DNA of 20,000 bases from an uncultured virus (IMG/VR IMGVR_UViG_3300044833_000105). Lineage: Duplodnaviria; Heunggongvirae; Uroviricota; Caudoviricetes. The notes beneath the pieces were generated by a model. It did no database searches. It was not told where the DNA came from and was given only the letters and a program-made list of their open reading frames with translations. Position numbers and translations under genes: made by a program. Positions 1-8,014 of this stretch are shown here, piece after piece. Location: the IMG/VR virus record IMGVR_UViG_3300044833_000105. One strand, 5' to 3'. The stretch's first letter is position 1, and every line of letters starts with the position of its first letter.

Positions 1-1
1 T

Positions 2-1012
2 CCATCCTCTCGTCAGGTCACGGCGCCGCTATCCGAGCAGGGATGGGCAATCGACGGACATCCTTATGCAGGGGGTACGGTTAACGGGTCGTTCACGCCC
101 CTCTGCACACTGGGAGCAATAACTTTGCAGGGCGGCACCTCCACGGTTTATAAACTCACGTTGGCCGGAGGAAGCTGTCCGGCAACGCTCGACATGAAGA
201 ATTTTCCACTGGAGGTCACGGCCGGCCGATTCCTTATGGGCGACATTAGCAGCGCGGCTACCGGCAACCAAGTTACCGATTCGACTCCTTACCGATGGTG
301 CTACACGGCAGCGGTAAACGAATGCCGCACAGGATCCGCGATTGGAGACGTTTACGCAGCGATTCCATTCGGAGAAACTGGTACCGCCTGCTCATACGTC
401 AACTTCGACATCAATTCCCCCTGTGTGTTCGCGAAATACGGACTCGTCGGTAACATCGTCCAGTGGGATGTAAGCAATACGGACTCGACAGGGGCGGGAG
501 CGCGAAAGCTTGGCCACGGACTTACAGTTCCCACTCACGCCGGAGGATTCTGGAGCGGGACTTCGGATCCAGACGGTAAGTGGGCGTTCTTTGGACCGGT
601 ACTAGCCGACAACATGGTGGTGGCACAGTATTTCGCATATAAGCTTCCACCCCAGCCAGCACGCGACAGCAACTCACGCAACCAGTACACCGACGTGCCG
701 ATGCAGTTATCAGGGATCTCCGGCGACACCATCCGCGTTCGCTACGGCTACCAGGAATTGGGCGCGGTGGACGGCTCGGCAAATTCCCTCTACTGCACAT
801 CGCGGACCGAGAGTTGCTATTCGACGGCCGCGCCGAGCACGTCGACGCCGTTCCTGTATGCAGGTGAAACGCAGTCGTATGTAAGCTGTAACGGCCCGTG
901 CGTAGTTCACGTTCAGGCGATTCCTAACCGGATGATGTTTTACACCGTCGAGCGCAAGAATGGCTCAAACGTCAAGATCTCAACCGTACAGCCGCCTATA
1001 GCCGTCAACTAG
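2..1012 (+). CDS. C-terminal part of a large beta-rich, Cys/Gly/Ser/Thr-rich protein, probably virion or secreted (5' truncated by window)
   Basis: The frame of ORF 125..1012 is open from position 2 (PSSRQVTAPLSEQGWAIDGHPY...). The composition resembles extracellular or tail proteins, and it lies just upstream of a TM protein. Confidence 0.6.
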   Translation, partial: PSSRQVTAPLSEQGWAIDGHPYAGGTVNGSFTPLCTLGAITLQGGTSTVYKLTLAGGSCPATLDMKNFPLEVTAGRFLMGDISSAATGNQVTDSTPYRWCYTAAVNECRTGSAIGDVYAAIPFGETGTACSYVNFDINSPCVFAKYGLVGNIVQWDVSNTDSTGAGARKLGHGLTVPTHAGGFWSGTSDPDGKWAFFGPVLADNMVVAQYFAYKLPPQPARDSNSRNQYTDVPMQLSGISGDTIRVRYGYQELGAVDGSANSLYCTSRTESCYSTAAPSTSTPFLYAGETQSYVSCNGPCVVHVQAIPNRMMFYTVERKNGSNVKISTVQPPIAVN

Positions 1013-1063
1013 CTAAACCCGTTCCGCTTGCAACTAAAATCTAAATCCGAGAAAAGGGGCTTA

Positions 1064-1453
1064 ATGCCGCAAGGACAAGACGTTGAGGGGGTTCGTGTGC
1101 TCCTCGACAAGCTGCAATTTGCCATCGGCAGCGAACTCCGCGATATTTTCGAGTCTCAATTTTCGTCCCTCCGCAGTCAAATGGAAGGGACGCTCAGGGG
1201 GCAGGGATTGGATCACGACAACATCATTCGCCTACAAGAGACGAGCTCCCAGGTGTTGCGAGCTATTGAGGTATTGACCCAAGACCTGAATCGTAAGCAT
1301 ATCGAGAACCAGACTAAAATGGATGCGCTAGCTATACGCGTCGAAATCCTGGAGAGCACCAAGTGGAAACTCGTCGGCGCTCTTTTGGTCATGTCTTTCG
1401 CTATCCCCTTGGCGGTTTCCCTCGCCGTGCGGTTCTGGCCGACGAGACCCTAG
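1064..1453 (+). CDS. Coiled-coil protein with C-terminal TM helix (XhlA/holin-like lysis-region protein)
   Basis: AAGGGG RBS before ATG 1064. A helical heptad region is followed by KWKLVGALLVMSFAIPLAVSLAVRFW. Confidence 0.6.
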   Translation: MPQGQDVEGVRVLLDKLQFAIGSELRDIFESQFSSLRSQMEGTLRGQGLDHDNIIRLQETSSQVLRAIEVLTQDLNRKHIENQTKMDALAIRVEILESTKWKLVGALLVMSFAIPLAVSLAVRFWPTRP

Positions 1454-1572
1454 ATCTGGTTTGCTTGGTCCCAAGCAGCGTTATCCCCGACAGCATCTCT
1501 TGTTGCCGGTCGCCTCTTCGGAAACAACAGGTAGAACGCTTCACATACTAGCCACGCGATGATTGAAAACAT
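1450..1572 (-). CDS. 40-aa small membrane peptide
   Basis: Read manually: AAGAGGAG-TAT-ATG, MFSIIAWLVCEAFYLLFPKRRPATRDAVGDNAAWDQANQI*. Its stop overlaps the convergent gene's stop in CTAG. Confidence 0.6.
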   Translation of the reverse strand: MFSIIAWLVCEAFYLLFPKRRPATRDAVGDNAAWDQANQI

Positions 1573-1605
1573 ATACTCCTCTTGATTAACTACTAATCGT
1601 CAATA

Positions 1606-1761
1606 TCACTTCACCCGCCATCGTTTCTCTCTATCCCTGCCCTCGCGATACACGCCGAACACTCCACCAAACACAAATCCGATGAAAAATAGCATTCCCA
1701 CTAACGCTATAATCTGAGTCCACTCCACCTCAAACCTGAGGGTCGCTATGACGCTGGTCAT
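1606..1761 (-). CDS. 51-aa single-pass membrane peptide
   Basis: Read manually: MTSVIATLRFEVEWTQIIALVGMLFFIGFVFGGVFGVYREGRDREKRWRVK*. A hydrophobic core is followed by a basic tail. Confidence 0.6.
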   Translation of the reverse strand: MTSVIATLRFEVEWTQIIALVGMLFFIGFVFGGVFGVYREGRDREKRWRVK

Positions 1762-1786
1762 TTTTGTACCGGACCTTCCGCTATCA

Positions 1787-2008
1787 TCACTTCACCCGCA
1801 GAAACTTACGCCACCGCCCGCCCCGCCACCTGACGATCAGCTCCACGCTGTGCCGTCCCTTCTCAAGATCAGCGCCATTTTCAAGCAGTTCGATCAGCCT
1901 GGCCCCCTCTTCCTCGACCGCGATTTTTGCTTGGACGTACAGGTCCAAGTCCTTTTGCAATATCTTCGAGCGTGAGCTTTGGGGAAACGTCAGCGTGGGT
2001 TGCGCCAT
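1787..2008 (-). CDS. Hypothetical protein, 73 aa
   Basis: Protein-like composition, in the leftward operon. It overlaps the low-complexity tail of the upstream ORF. Confidence 0.6.
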   Translation of the reverse strand: MAQPTLTFPQSSRSKILQKDLDLYVQAKIAVEEEGARLIELLENGADLEKGRHSVELIVRWRGGRWRKFLRVK

Positions 2009-2384
2009 TGTCGGTCACGAGGCTTTCCAGGGCCGATAACGCACGCGCTGCCGCTTCTATCCTCCACGGCGCAGCATGGGGCCAGCGATCCCGAAGCAAT
2101 GAATCCCACTCTCCGATGTGGGATGAGTCATTATCGACGGATTTGCCCGAATGGGCAAGTATTTTTTCTCGTTTACTATCTTGGTCGTGTGTGCATACCT
2201 CTTTCGAGGTATGCGGGATATCGCGGAGCCACAACTCCAGCGCTTCGTGAACGGCGGATTGAAAGCTGACTCGCGACTCGCCATACTTGCGCGTTAGCAC
2301 TTTCTGTTCAACCCTCAACCTCAAATCCGGGTCAAGACGCACCGACGTCTCAATTTTTTTGCTTTTTATTTCCTTGCCGCTCAT
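1881..2384 (-). CDS. Putative repressor with N-terminal ribbon-helix-helix (CopG/Arc-like) domain
   Basis: ETSVRLDPDLRLRVEQKV...SFQSAVHEALELWL fits the RHH strand-helix-helix pattern. It is divergent from the early operon; ATG at 2384 assumed. Confidence 0.55.
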   Translation of the reverse strand: MSGKEIKSKKIETSVRLDPDLRLRVEQKVLTRKYGESRVSFQSAVHEALELWLRDIPHTSKEVCTHDQDSKREKILAHSGKSVDNDSSHIGEWDSLLRDRWPHAAPWRIEAAARALSALESLVTDNGATHADVSPKLTLEDIAKGLGPVRPSKNRGRGRGGQADRTA

Positions 2385-2402
2385 ACGCTTGCCTGCTTTC
2401 AA

Positions 2403-2437
2403 GCGTTCTAAAGCGCATTGACCTATTGCGTTCTAAA
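2403..2437. repeat. Direct repeat GCGTTCTAAA x2, candidate operator
   Basis: Exact 10-mer at 2403-2412 and 2428-2437. The second copy overlaps the -35 element. Confidence 0.5.
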
Positions 2438-2454
2438 ACACATGGTGGTATTCT
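2426..2454 (+). promoter_or_regulatory. sigma70-type early promoter
   Basis: TTGCGT (2426-2431), 17 bp spacer, extended -10 TGG-TATTCT (2446-2454), upstream of ATG 2471. Confidence 0.6.
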
Positions 2455-2470
2455 TCCTCTACCATTACGT

Positions 2471-2650
2471 ATGAGCATTAAAACAGTTCAGATAGTGAAA
2501 TGCAAGCGATGCGGCCATTCGTGGCTACCGCGTGGGTTCGGAAGACCTACGCTTTGCCCGGTTTGCAAACGCACTAATTGGGATACCGCGAAAGAGACTA
2601 AAGCGTCGCCTCCTCTCGACAAGGAACGACGCAGCGTGAGCGCGGTATGA
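2471..2650 (+). CDS. Small zinc-ribbon protein
   Basis: CKRCGHSWLPR...PTLCPVCKRTNW, two CxxC pairs. First gene of the rightward operon. Confidence 0.75.
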   Translation: MSIKTVQIVKCKRCGHSWLPRGFGRPTLCPVCKRTNWDTAKETKASPPLDKERRSVSAV

Positions 2651-2922
2651 CCAATAACGATTTCAAAGAACGCAAGACCGTGGTTTCCATCCGGTCTCGA
2701 ATCAAATCTGAAGCTAGTTTGCCCGAACCTCCAACGCCGTGCAATACCCGCAAACCACAACGAATTGAAAAGACTAACGCGATTTGCTTTTGCGACACCG
2801 TGTATGCCCGCGTTCATGGCCATCGACTCGTGCGCGACTTCGTGAGTGGCGATTCAATAGCCCTCGTCGCGCTGAAAAAACGCGTTCATCAGGCCACCGT
2901 AGAGCTTGCGCTCCGGGACTAA
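2647..2922 (+). CDS. Hypothetical protein
   Basis: ATGA overlap with the upstream gene. Confidence 0.55.
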   Translation: MTNNDFKERKTVVSIRSRIKSEASLPEPPTPCNTRKPQRIEKTNAICFCDTVYARVHGHRLVRDFVSGDSIALVALKKRVHQATVELALRD

Positions 2923-2942
2923 TTGTTAAACAAGAGGGCCGC

Positions 2943-3404
2943 ATGACGGTAGAGCGATCCATTTATTACGGCATGCTTCAGCGTTGCTATAACCAAAAAT
3001 CTCCCAGCTATAAGAACTACGGAGGCAGGGGCATTACGGTCTGCGAAGAATGGCGCAAGAGCCCAGAGGCGTTTATGCGTGACATAGGCCAGCGTCCTTC
3101 TCCACTACACTCCATCGGCATAATCTACAACGACGGGCCGTATTCGCCAATGAACTGTGAATGGCAGACACAAAGGCAGCAGATGCGGAACACGCGGCTG
3201 ACGAAGTATCTAACATACAAGGGCCGCACCGCACCGTGTATTGAGTGGGCTGAGGAATCGGGAATCAAGCAGTGCACTATAGAGTCCCGCATTAGGTCTG
3301 GATGGACCCCATCGCAAGTGCTGAATATGCCCGTGATTCGCACGGTTAACTATTGCATGCGCGATGCGTGGGAACGCACCCTTGACAGTCTGGAGCGCGC
3401 ATGA
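2943..3404 (+). CDS. Phage HNH-like endonuclease family protein (YGGRGI type), possibly degenerate
   Basis: MLQRCYN...YKNYGGRGITVCEEW...YSPMNCEW...QMRN and a C-terminal EWAEESGI...TIESRIRSGW HTH-like tail. AGAGGG RBS before ATG 2943. Confidence 0.8.
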   Translation: MTVERSIYYGMLQRCYNQKSPSYKNYGGRGITVCEEWRKSPEAFMRDIGQRPSPLHSIGIIYNDGPYSPMNCEWQTQRQQMRNTRLTKYLTYKGRTAPCIEWAEESGIKQCTIESRIRSGWTPSQVLNMPVIRTVNYCMRDAWERTLDSLERA

Positions 3405-4084
3405 ATAGAACTTGGATCACCGACGGAAACGGAAATCGCAACTCCGTAGAATATTGGGGATCACGAGAAGCAGCAGAGCGAGCGCTAGCGAGCTTAAAAA
3501 ATTGCTCCGACTGCTCCGACTGCTCCCGCTGCTCCGGCTGCTCCGACTGCTCCCGCTGCTCCGGCTGCTCCGTCTGCTCCGACTGCTCCGACTGCTCCGA
3601 CTGCTCCGACTGCTCCGACTGCTCCGACTGCTCCCGCTGCTCCGGCTGCTCCGACTGCTCCCGCTGCTCCGGCTGCTCCGACTGCTCCCGCTGCTCCGAC
3701 TGCTCCGACTGCTCCGGCTGCTCCCGCTGCTCCGACTTAGAGAAAGCCAAGCCGATCAATAGCGACAATCCATACGTCGCGCCTGTAGTTCCCGTTGTGC
3801 CAGATTTACACGCCAAAATATACGCCGCTGTTTCTCAGCCCGGAGCACTAGACATGGGCCACTGGCACAAATGTGAGAAGACGCATTGCCGTGGCGGATG
3901 GGTGGTCGCGCTAGCTGGTGAGGCCGGTTACAAACTAGAGCAGTTCCACGGCGACACATTGATGGCGGCGATGCTGATCTACGACGCAAGCTGCCCGGGA
4001 TTCAAGATCAATCCAGCGCGGTTCTTCGATAGCAATGAAGCGGCAATAGCAGATATGAAGGCCCTAGCCGAGGCCAACGCATGA
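3401..4084 (+). CDS. Cys-rich (CSx)26 repeat protein with C-terminal LDMGHWH-C-THCRGGW domain
   Basis: ATGA coupling at both ends; internal 9-bp tandem repeat. Confidence 0.85.
   Translation: MNRTWITDGNGNRNSVEYWGSREAAERALASLKNCSDCSDCSRCSGCSDCSRCSGCSVCSDCSDCSDCSDCSDCSDCSRCSGCSDCSRCSGCSDCSRCSDCSDCSGCSRCSDLEKAKPINSDNPYVAPVVPVVPDLHAKIYAAVSQPGALDMGHWHKCEKTHCRGGWVVALAGEAGYKLEQFHGDTLMAAMLIYDASCPGFKINPARFFDSNEAAIADMKALAEANA
3503..3736 (+). repeat. 26 x 9-bp tandem repeat TGCTCC(GAC/CGC/GGC/GTC)
   Basis: Directly visible: 14 GAC, 6 CGC, 5 GGC and 1 GTC units. Confidence 0.97.
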
Positions 4085-4236
4085 AGCCACGCCACTGCCT
4101 CATCTTCGCCGCCATCGCGTTCCTTAGCGGCATGCTCGACGAATCGCAGGGCGACTCCGCCGCGTGGGTGTGGTACGGTCTCAGCCTCGTGGCGTTTGCT
4201 GCATTCGTGCGCGTGCTGGGCGGGAGGAAGGCGTGA
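4081..4236 (+). CDS. 51-aa two-TM membrane peptide
   Basis: Read manually: MKPRHCLIFAAIAFLSGMLDESQGDSAAWVWYGLSLVAFAAFVRVLGGRKA*; ATGA/GTGA coupling. Confidence 0.7.
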   Translation: MKPRHCLIFAAIAFLSGMLDESQGDSAAWVWYGLSLVAFAAFVRVLGGRKA

Positions 4237-4682
4237 ACGTGAAGAGCGCGCTGAAGGGAAAAACAAAGGCACAACACATGCAACCAGATCCGAAATTCGT
4301 GGGAGTCACTAAAGAGGGAAAGGTCGTGGACTCACTTCCCGTCCTTGACGAAGTAGCTTACGACCCAACCCAAATGACGGTGGATTTAACTAAGAGCGAG
4401 AAGAGGCGCACCACCGCTCTGATGTTAGCAATTCAAGCATACGAAAAACTCATCATCAAAGACGCTGAGATGTACGAGGCGATCAGCAGAGACCGGGAGC
4501 GTAAAAACGGACCTGTAATTCAACCAGCCACAATTAACGCAATGGTCGAAGCCGCAATGGATTTTGATGATTTTATCGCTGGCAGGTTTGATGAGATTGG
4601 GACCACGAAGCAAATTTACGATGATCCTCCGTCGGTTAATCACGAACCGGAGGAGGCAACAGAGGTTACCACGAATGCTTGA
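4233..4682 (+). CDS. Hypothetical protein
   Basis: GGAGG RBS, with the GTG start overlapping the upstream stop. Confidence 0.75.
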   Translation: MNVKSALKGKTKAQHMQPDPKFVGVTKEGKVVDSLPVLDEVAYDPTQMTVDLTKSEKRRTTALMLAIQAYEKLIIKDAEMYEAISRDRERKNGPVIQPATINAMVEAAMDFDDFIAGRFDEIGTTKQIYDDPPSVNHEPEEATEVTTNA

Positions 4683-4860
4683 GAACCACCGTGTTTTCCC
4701 CGAGCTTCCCAGCAGCATCGACCATCGACGCGCCGAGGATCTGCGGATAGATCGGGAGTGGGCGCAAGCCGGCGCAGGGCAGCAGCCGAAGCGGTGTTTG
4801 GAATGCGATGAGAAACCGTGTGTCTGCCTTGTTGATGGACAGATTGGAGACCTAGCGTGA
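4675..4860 (+). CDS. Hypothetical protein with CxxC...CxC
   Basis: GAGG upstream of ATG 4675; coupled to neighbours. Confidence 0.6.
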   Translation: MLENHRVFPELPSSIDHRRAEDLRIDREWAQAGAGQQPKRCLECDEKPCVCLVDGQIGDLA

Positions 4861-5063
4861 TGGCGAACGAAGCGAAGCAAAGCGCGAGCAACGAAGAGAT
4901 GCAGAAATGCAGGTATTGTGGCGAGCCGATTGAGCCTAACGATTTGGAGATGCGCCAAATAATATCGCGCAACTGGAAAGATTCTGGCTACAAATCTCCT
5001 CCTCGTTCATACCACAAGTCCAAGCATTGCGGCGGCTATGACCAGATGGCGCACGAAGGATGA
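4857..5063 (+). CDS. Small Zn-binding hypothetical protein
   Basis: CRYCGE...HKSKHCGGYDQMAHEG; GGAGA RBS and GTGA overlap. Confidence 0.7.
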   Translation: MMANEAKQSASNEEMQKCRYCGEPIEPNDLEMRQIISRNWKDSGYKSPPRSYHKSKHCGGYDQMAHEG

Positions 5064-5218
5064 CAACCATGCTCACATACGAAACCGAGTACTACATTGT
5101 GATCGACGGCGTGTCGTGGTCTTATGGCGAGGCCATCCATCTGGCGCTGGCCGACATGGATATCGAGGCGAGGTACCCAAGTCTGTATTCGCATCTGTAC
5201 GGAGGGCCGAAGCAATGA
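5060..5218 (+). CDS. Hypothetical protein, 52 aa
   Basis: Read manually: MTTMLTYETEYYIVIDGVSWSYGEAIHLALAD...; ATGA overlaps at both ends. Confidence 0.6.
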   Translation: MTTMLTYETEYYIVIDGVSWSYGEAIHLALADMDIEARYPSLYSHLYGGPKQ

Positions 5219-5418
5219 GCGGCTCTTATCCATTTGGGCTCGATCAGCAGGGATTCGACTCCGCCCACGACCAGATGGACAGCGAGCGCACAATCCACGC
5301 GGTGAAGCCCAACGACGACAGCGCGTTTGTGGAGTTGCGGAAATCGGTCGAGGAAGCACGCAAGCAAGTTGAGTTGCGGCTGATTCGCGCGAAAGTTTTG
5401 CTGCCGAGGAAACCGTGA
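5215..5418 (+). CDS. Hypothetical protein
   Basis: GGAGGG RBS, MSGSYPFGLDQQ... Confidence 0.6.
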   Translation: MSGSYPFGLDQQGFDSAHDQMDSERTIHAVKPNDDSAFVELRKSVEEARKQVELRLIRAKVLLPRKP

Positions 5419-5534
5419 ACATCCTCCGCATCCTCGCCACGGTCGTCGCCCTGCTAGTAGCAGCGGCGTACGTGATGGCTAATTACGACGAGCGGCCGGC
5501 GGATCGCAGCGCTACGGAGGTACGGGGGCTGTGA
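5415..5534 (+). CDS. 39-aa membrane or signal peptide-like protein
   Basis: MNILRILATVVALLVAAAYVMANYDERPADRSATEVRGL*; GAGG RBS and GTGA overlaps. Confidence 0.6.
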   Translation: MNILRILATVVALLVAAAYVMANYDERPADRSATEVRGL

Positions 5535-5743
5535 GCGCTCAATCGGTGCCGAACACGTATGAACAGGCGGCTCGTGAAAAGAAGTGTCGCTTGCTGGCTC
5601 GGTTCCTAGTTGACGAGCTCGCGAACGTGTTGAGCAAGCCGGAGAACGAAGCGATGTGGATCGACGCGGCGCGTGAGGCTGGAGTCAATGAGCCTTCGCC
5701 AGAATCGCGGAAAATTATTTTGCAAATGTCGAGGGAAAAGTAA
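5531..5743 (+). CDS. Hypothetical protein
   Basis: Coupled ORF of 70 aa. Confidence 0.75.
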   Translation: MSAQSVPNTYEQAAREKKCRLLARFLVDELANVLSKPENEAMWIDAAREAGVNEPSPESRKIILQMSREK

Positions 5744-5943
5744 TGGCAAAACGAACAACCGAAATACAGCGCATACAGACTTATTTTGAGACCGCTGAAC
5801 CGGCTGCGATCCAGGTGGCCTACGAGGTCATTCAGGGGATCGTTAAGCGCAGGAATGGCGCGAGTACGCCAGCACGTAAGGTTAGAGCCGATAAGGGCAC
5901 CAAGCGTCAGGATGCATTGCCACTTAGTGAGGCGACCGCGTGA
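5743..5943 (+). CDS. Small basic protein, possibly DNA-binding
   Basis: TAATG coupling; RKVRADKG basic motif. Confidence 0.7.
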   Translation: MAKRTTEIQRIQTYFETAEPAAIQVAYEVIQGIVKRRNGASTPARKVRADKGTKRQDALPLSEATA

Positions 5944-6683
5944 GCACCCAGCAGCAACTTGCAGTAGTTGATGAGCCCGGCGCGATTCAGCGTGCTCCCA
6001 GTGTATACGAGATATTCGCGCAGCTCGCCCGTGATCCAAATATTGATCCGGCCCGCATTCAGCAGTTGATGGAATTGCAGGAACGAGCGGAAGCCCGCCA
6101 AGCGGAGCGTGACTTCATTGCGGCCATGAACAGGCTTCAGCCGCGATTACCACGTATCGGCAAAGACGGCAGCATCGACCTCGGACGCGGCAAGCCGATG
6201 AAGTTCGCCAAGTACGAGAGCATAGACGCCGTGATTCGTCCCCTTCTGACACAAGAGGGGTTCTCTATTGCCTTCGGGACGACTGCCAACGACAAGGGCA
6301 TAACGATCACGGCAACGTTGTCGCACGCGGCCGGGCATTCCCGCACGGAGAGCATGCCGTTGCCATTCGATACCGGTCCTGGGCGTAATAACTTGCAAGC
6401 GGTGGGCAGCACGCTGAGCTACGGCAAGAGGTACTTAATTTGCGCGATGCTTAACCTCGTCACTGTAGGCGAAGATGACGATGGGAATGCCTCTGGTGCA
6501 ATCAGCAAAGTTCAGGAGGAAAACATTCAGGCGCTAATGTCCGAATGCGCGTTGAGCCCCGAGGGCATCTCAAAGTTCATGGAGTTCATGGGCGTAAAGG
6601 CTCTGAGTGACATTCAGCAGGGCGGCTACAAAGCGGCGATAAATTTCCTGGTAGCTAAGAGGCGCAAGGTAGGCGAAAAATGA
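5940..6683 (+). CDS. erf: Erf-family single-strand annealing recombinase
   Basis: QAVGSTLSYGKRYLICAMLNLVTVGEDDDGN matches the Erf G-S-x-x-S/T-Y-x-x-R-Y...D-x-D motif. Confidence 0.9.
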   Translation: MSTQQQLAVVDEPGAIQRAPSVYEIFAQLARDPNIDPARIQQLMELQERAEARQAERDFIAAMNRLQPRLPRIGKDGSIDLGRGKPMKFAKYESIDAVIRPLLTQEGFSIAFGTTANDKGITITATLSHAAGHSRTESMPLPFDTGPGRNNLQAVGSTLSYGKRYLICAMLNLVTVGEDDDGNASGAISKVQEENIQALMSECALSPEGISKFMEFMGVKALSDIQQGGYKAAINFLVAKRRKVGEK

Positions 6684-7396
6684 TTTTTCACGACTGCGAA
6701 CAGAACTCGGTCGAGTGGTACACGATGCGCCTTGGGATTCCAACGTCGAGTGAATTCCATAGGATTATCACGCCCAAGACCTTGAAGATTTCTAGTCAGG
6801 CTCCCGGCTACATGTACCGGCTGCTGGCGGAGTGGATTACCGGCGAGCAGATCGAGAACGCGCAAACCGAGTGGATGGTCCGTGGCACTGAGCTTGAGGA
6901 CAAGGCGGTCCTTGCCTATGAAATGCTGACTGAGCAAGAAACTTCGCGTGGCGGATTTATCACTAGCGACGACGGAATGCTGGGATGCTCGCCAGATCGC
7001 CTTATCGGTGAAGAGGGTGACTTAGAAATAAAATGCCCACTTATTCAAACACAGGTAGAGTATGCGCTGACCGGCAAGGTTGGAGAAGATTACGCTTGCC
7101 AGTTACAGGGGCGTATGCTCATTCACGGTCGTCAGTGGATTGATATTTTCAGTTATCATCCTCGCCTGTCGATTCCGGCGATACGTGTCCGTCGCGACGA
7201 TAAGTTCATCGCCGCAATGGGTCCAGTTCTGACGGCTTTCACGGAAACCATGTTTAAGGCTCGGGAGGAACTTGAGCGGCGCTTTGGTCCGTTCATCAGA
7301 GAGACACCTCCGTCTGTCGCAGACGACTGCGGAGGACTGGGCATAAGCGATGAAGACCTGGAGCAGATTCTAGCAGCGCAGCATATGGCGCACTAG
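6680..7396 (+). CDS. YqaJ/lambda-exonuclease-like viral recombination nuclease
   Basis: EQNSVEWYTMRLGIPTSS, RGTELE, GCSPDRLI, LEIKCP, YACQLQG motifs. Confidence 0.9.
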   Translation: MIFHDCEQNSVEWYTMRLGIPTSSEFHRIITPKTLKISSQAPGYMYRLLAEWITGEQIENAQTEWMVRGTELEDKAVLAYEMLTEQETSRGGFITSDDGMLGCSPDRLIGEEGDLEIKCPLIQTQVEYALTGKVGEDYACQLQGRMLIHGRQWIDIFSYHPRLSIPAIRVRRDDKFIAAMGPVLTAFTETMFKAREELERRFGPFIRETPPSVADDCGGLGISDEDLEQILAAQHMAH

Positions 7397-7412
7397 CGAC
7401 CTTGTGACGTTA

Positions 7413-7442
7413 GCGGGGTCGCCAGCGGCCCCGCACTTTTTG
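7413..7442 (+). terminator. Intrinsic terminator candidate
   Basis: GCGGGGTCG-CCAG-CGGCCCCGC stem followed by ACTTTTTT. Confidence 0.65.
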
Positions 7443-7461
7443 AAAAAAGGAGAAATATTAA

Positions 7462-7977
7462 ATGTCCGACTCAGGAGTAACGTTCGCGGATACCTCAATC
7501 GAGGTGCTTACGCAAAAGATGATCGCGATGCTGAAGTCGTACGCGGCATCGCAGAACAAACAGGCGGTGGACGCATTCAAGGGAAAGATGGACGCCTGGC
7601 ATAAAGACGTGGCCTTCCGCCAAGCGAACAATCAGCCGTTACAGCCCCAGCCCGTTCCTCCGATGATCATGTTTCTCAACGAGGAAGTAGTAAGACAGAA
7701 CGAGCAAGGTACCGGAGAGAAAGACTGGTCAAGCGTATTTTCATCCGTACCGTACGTCTACATCGCTCCGCCATCGGCCGCGACTCACCCTCCAGTGGTC
7801 ATCGGGCAAGAGGACGTGAGCTACCCCGGGTTCTACGACACGGTTTCTGGTGACGGTCCCTGGGTGCCGGTTGGCTATAAGCAACCGCAAGATGGCCACG
7901 AGTACACGAAGACCGTGGTATCGCACTCTCCATTCGCTCCGGGCGGATTGGTGACGTTGTTTCAGTTGACAGCTTAA
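7462..7977 (+). CDS. Hypothetical protein, 171 aa
   Basis: Strong AAGGAGA RBS; not coupled to neighbours. Confidence 0.8.
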   Translation: MSDSGVTFADTSIEVLTQKMIAMLKSYAASQNKQAVDAFKGKMDAWHKDVAFRQANNQPLQPQPVPPMIMFLNEEVVRQNEQGTGEKDWSSVFSSVPYVYIAPPSAATHPPVVIGQEDVSYPGFYDTVSGDGPWVPVGYKQPQDGHEYTKTVVSHSPFAPGGLVTLFQLTA

Positions 7978-8014
7978 ATCCATAGAAAGGAGAACAGGGG
8001 ACAACTCAAGAAGC

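Noticed and set aside
1748..2269. Plus-strand ORFs over the leftward operon, and TATAAT near 1708
   Set aside because: Shadow ORFs of the minus-strand genes; no convincing -35 element for the TATAAT.
3346..3816. Alternative-frame ORFs (EQS/EQP/EQR on the minus strand; LLR/LLP at 3412-3762)
   Set aside because: Shadows of the stop-free 9-bp repeat. Only the CSx frame is coupled to neighbours and has globular flanks.
7985..8000. Strong RBS-like AGAAAGGAGA after ORF 7462-7977
   Set aside because: No start codon at a usable distance; possibly a relic.
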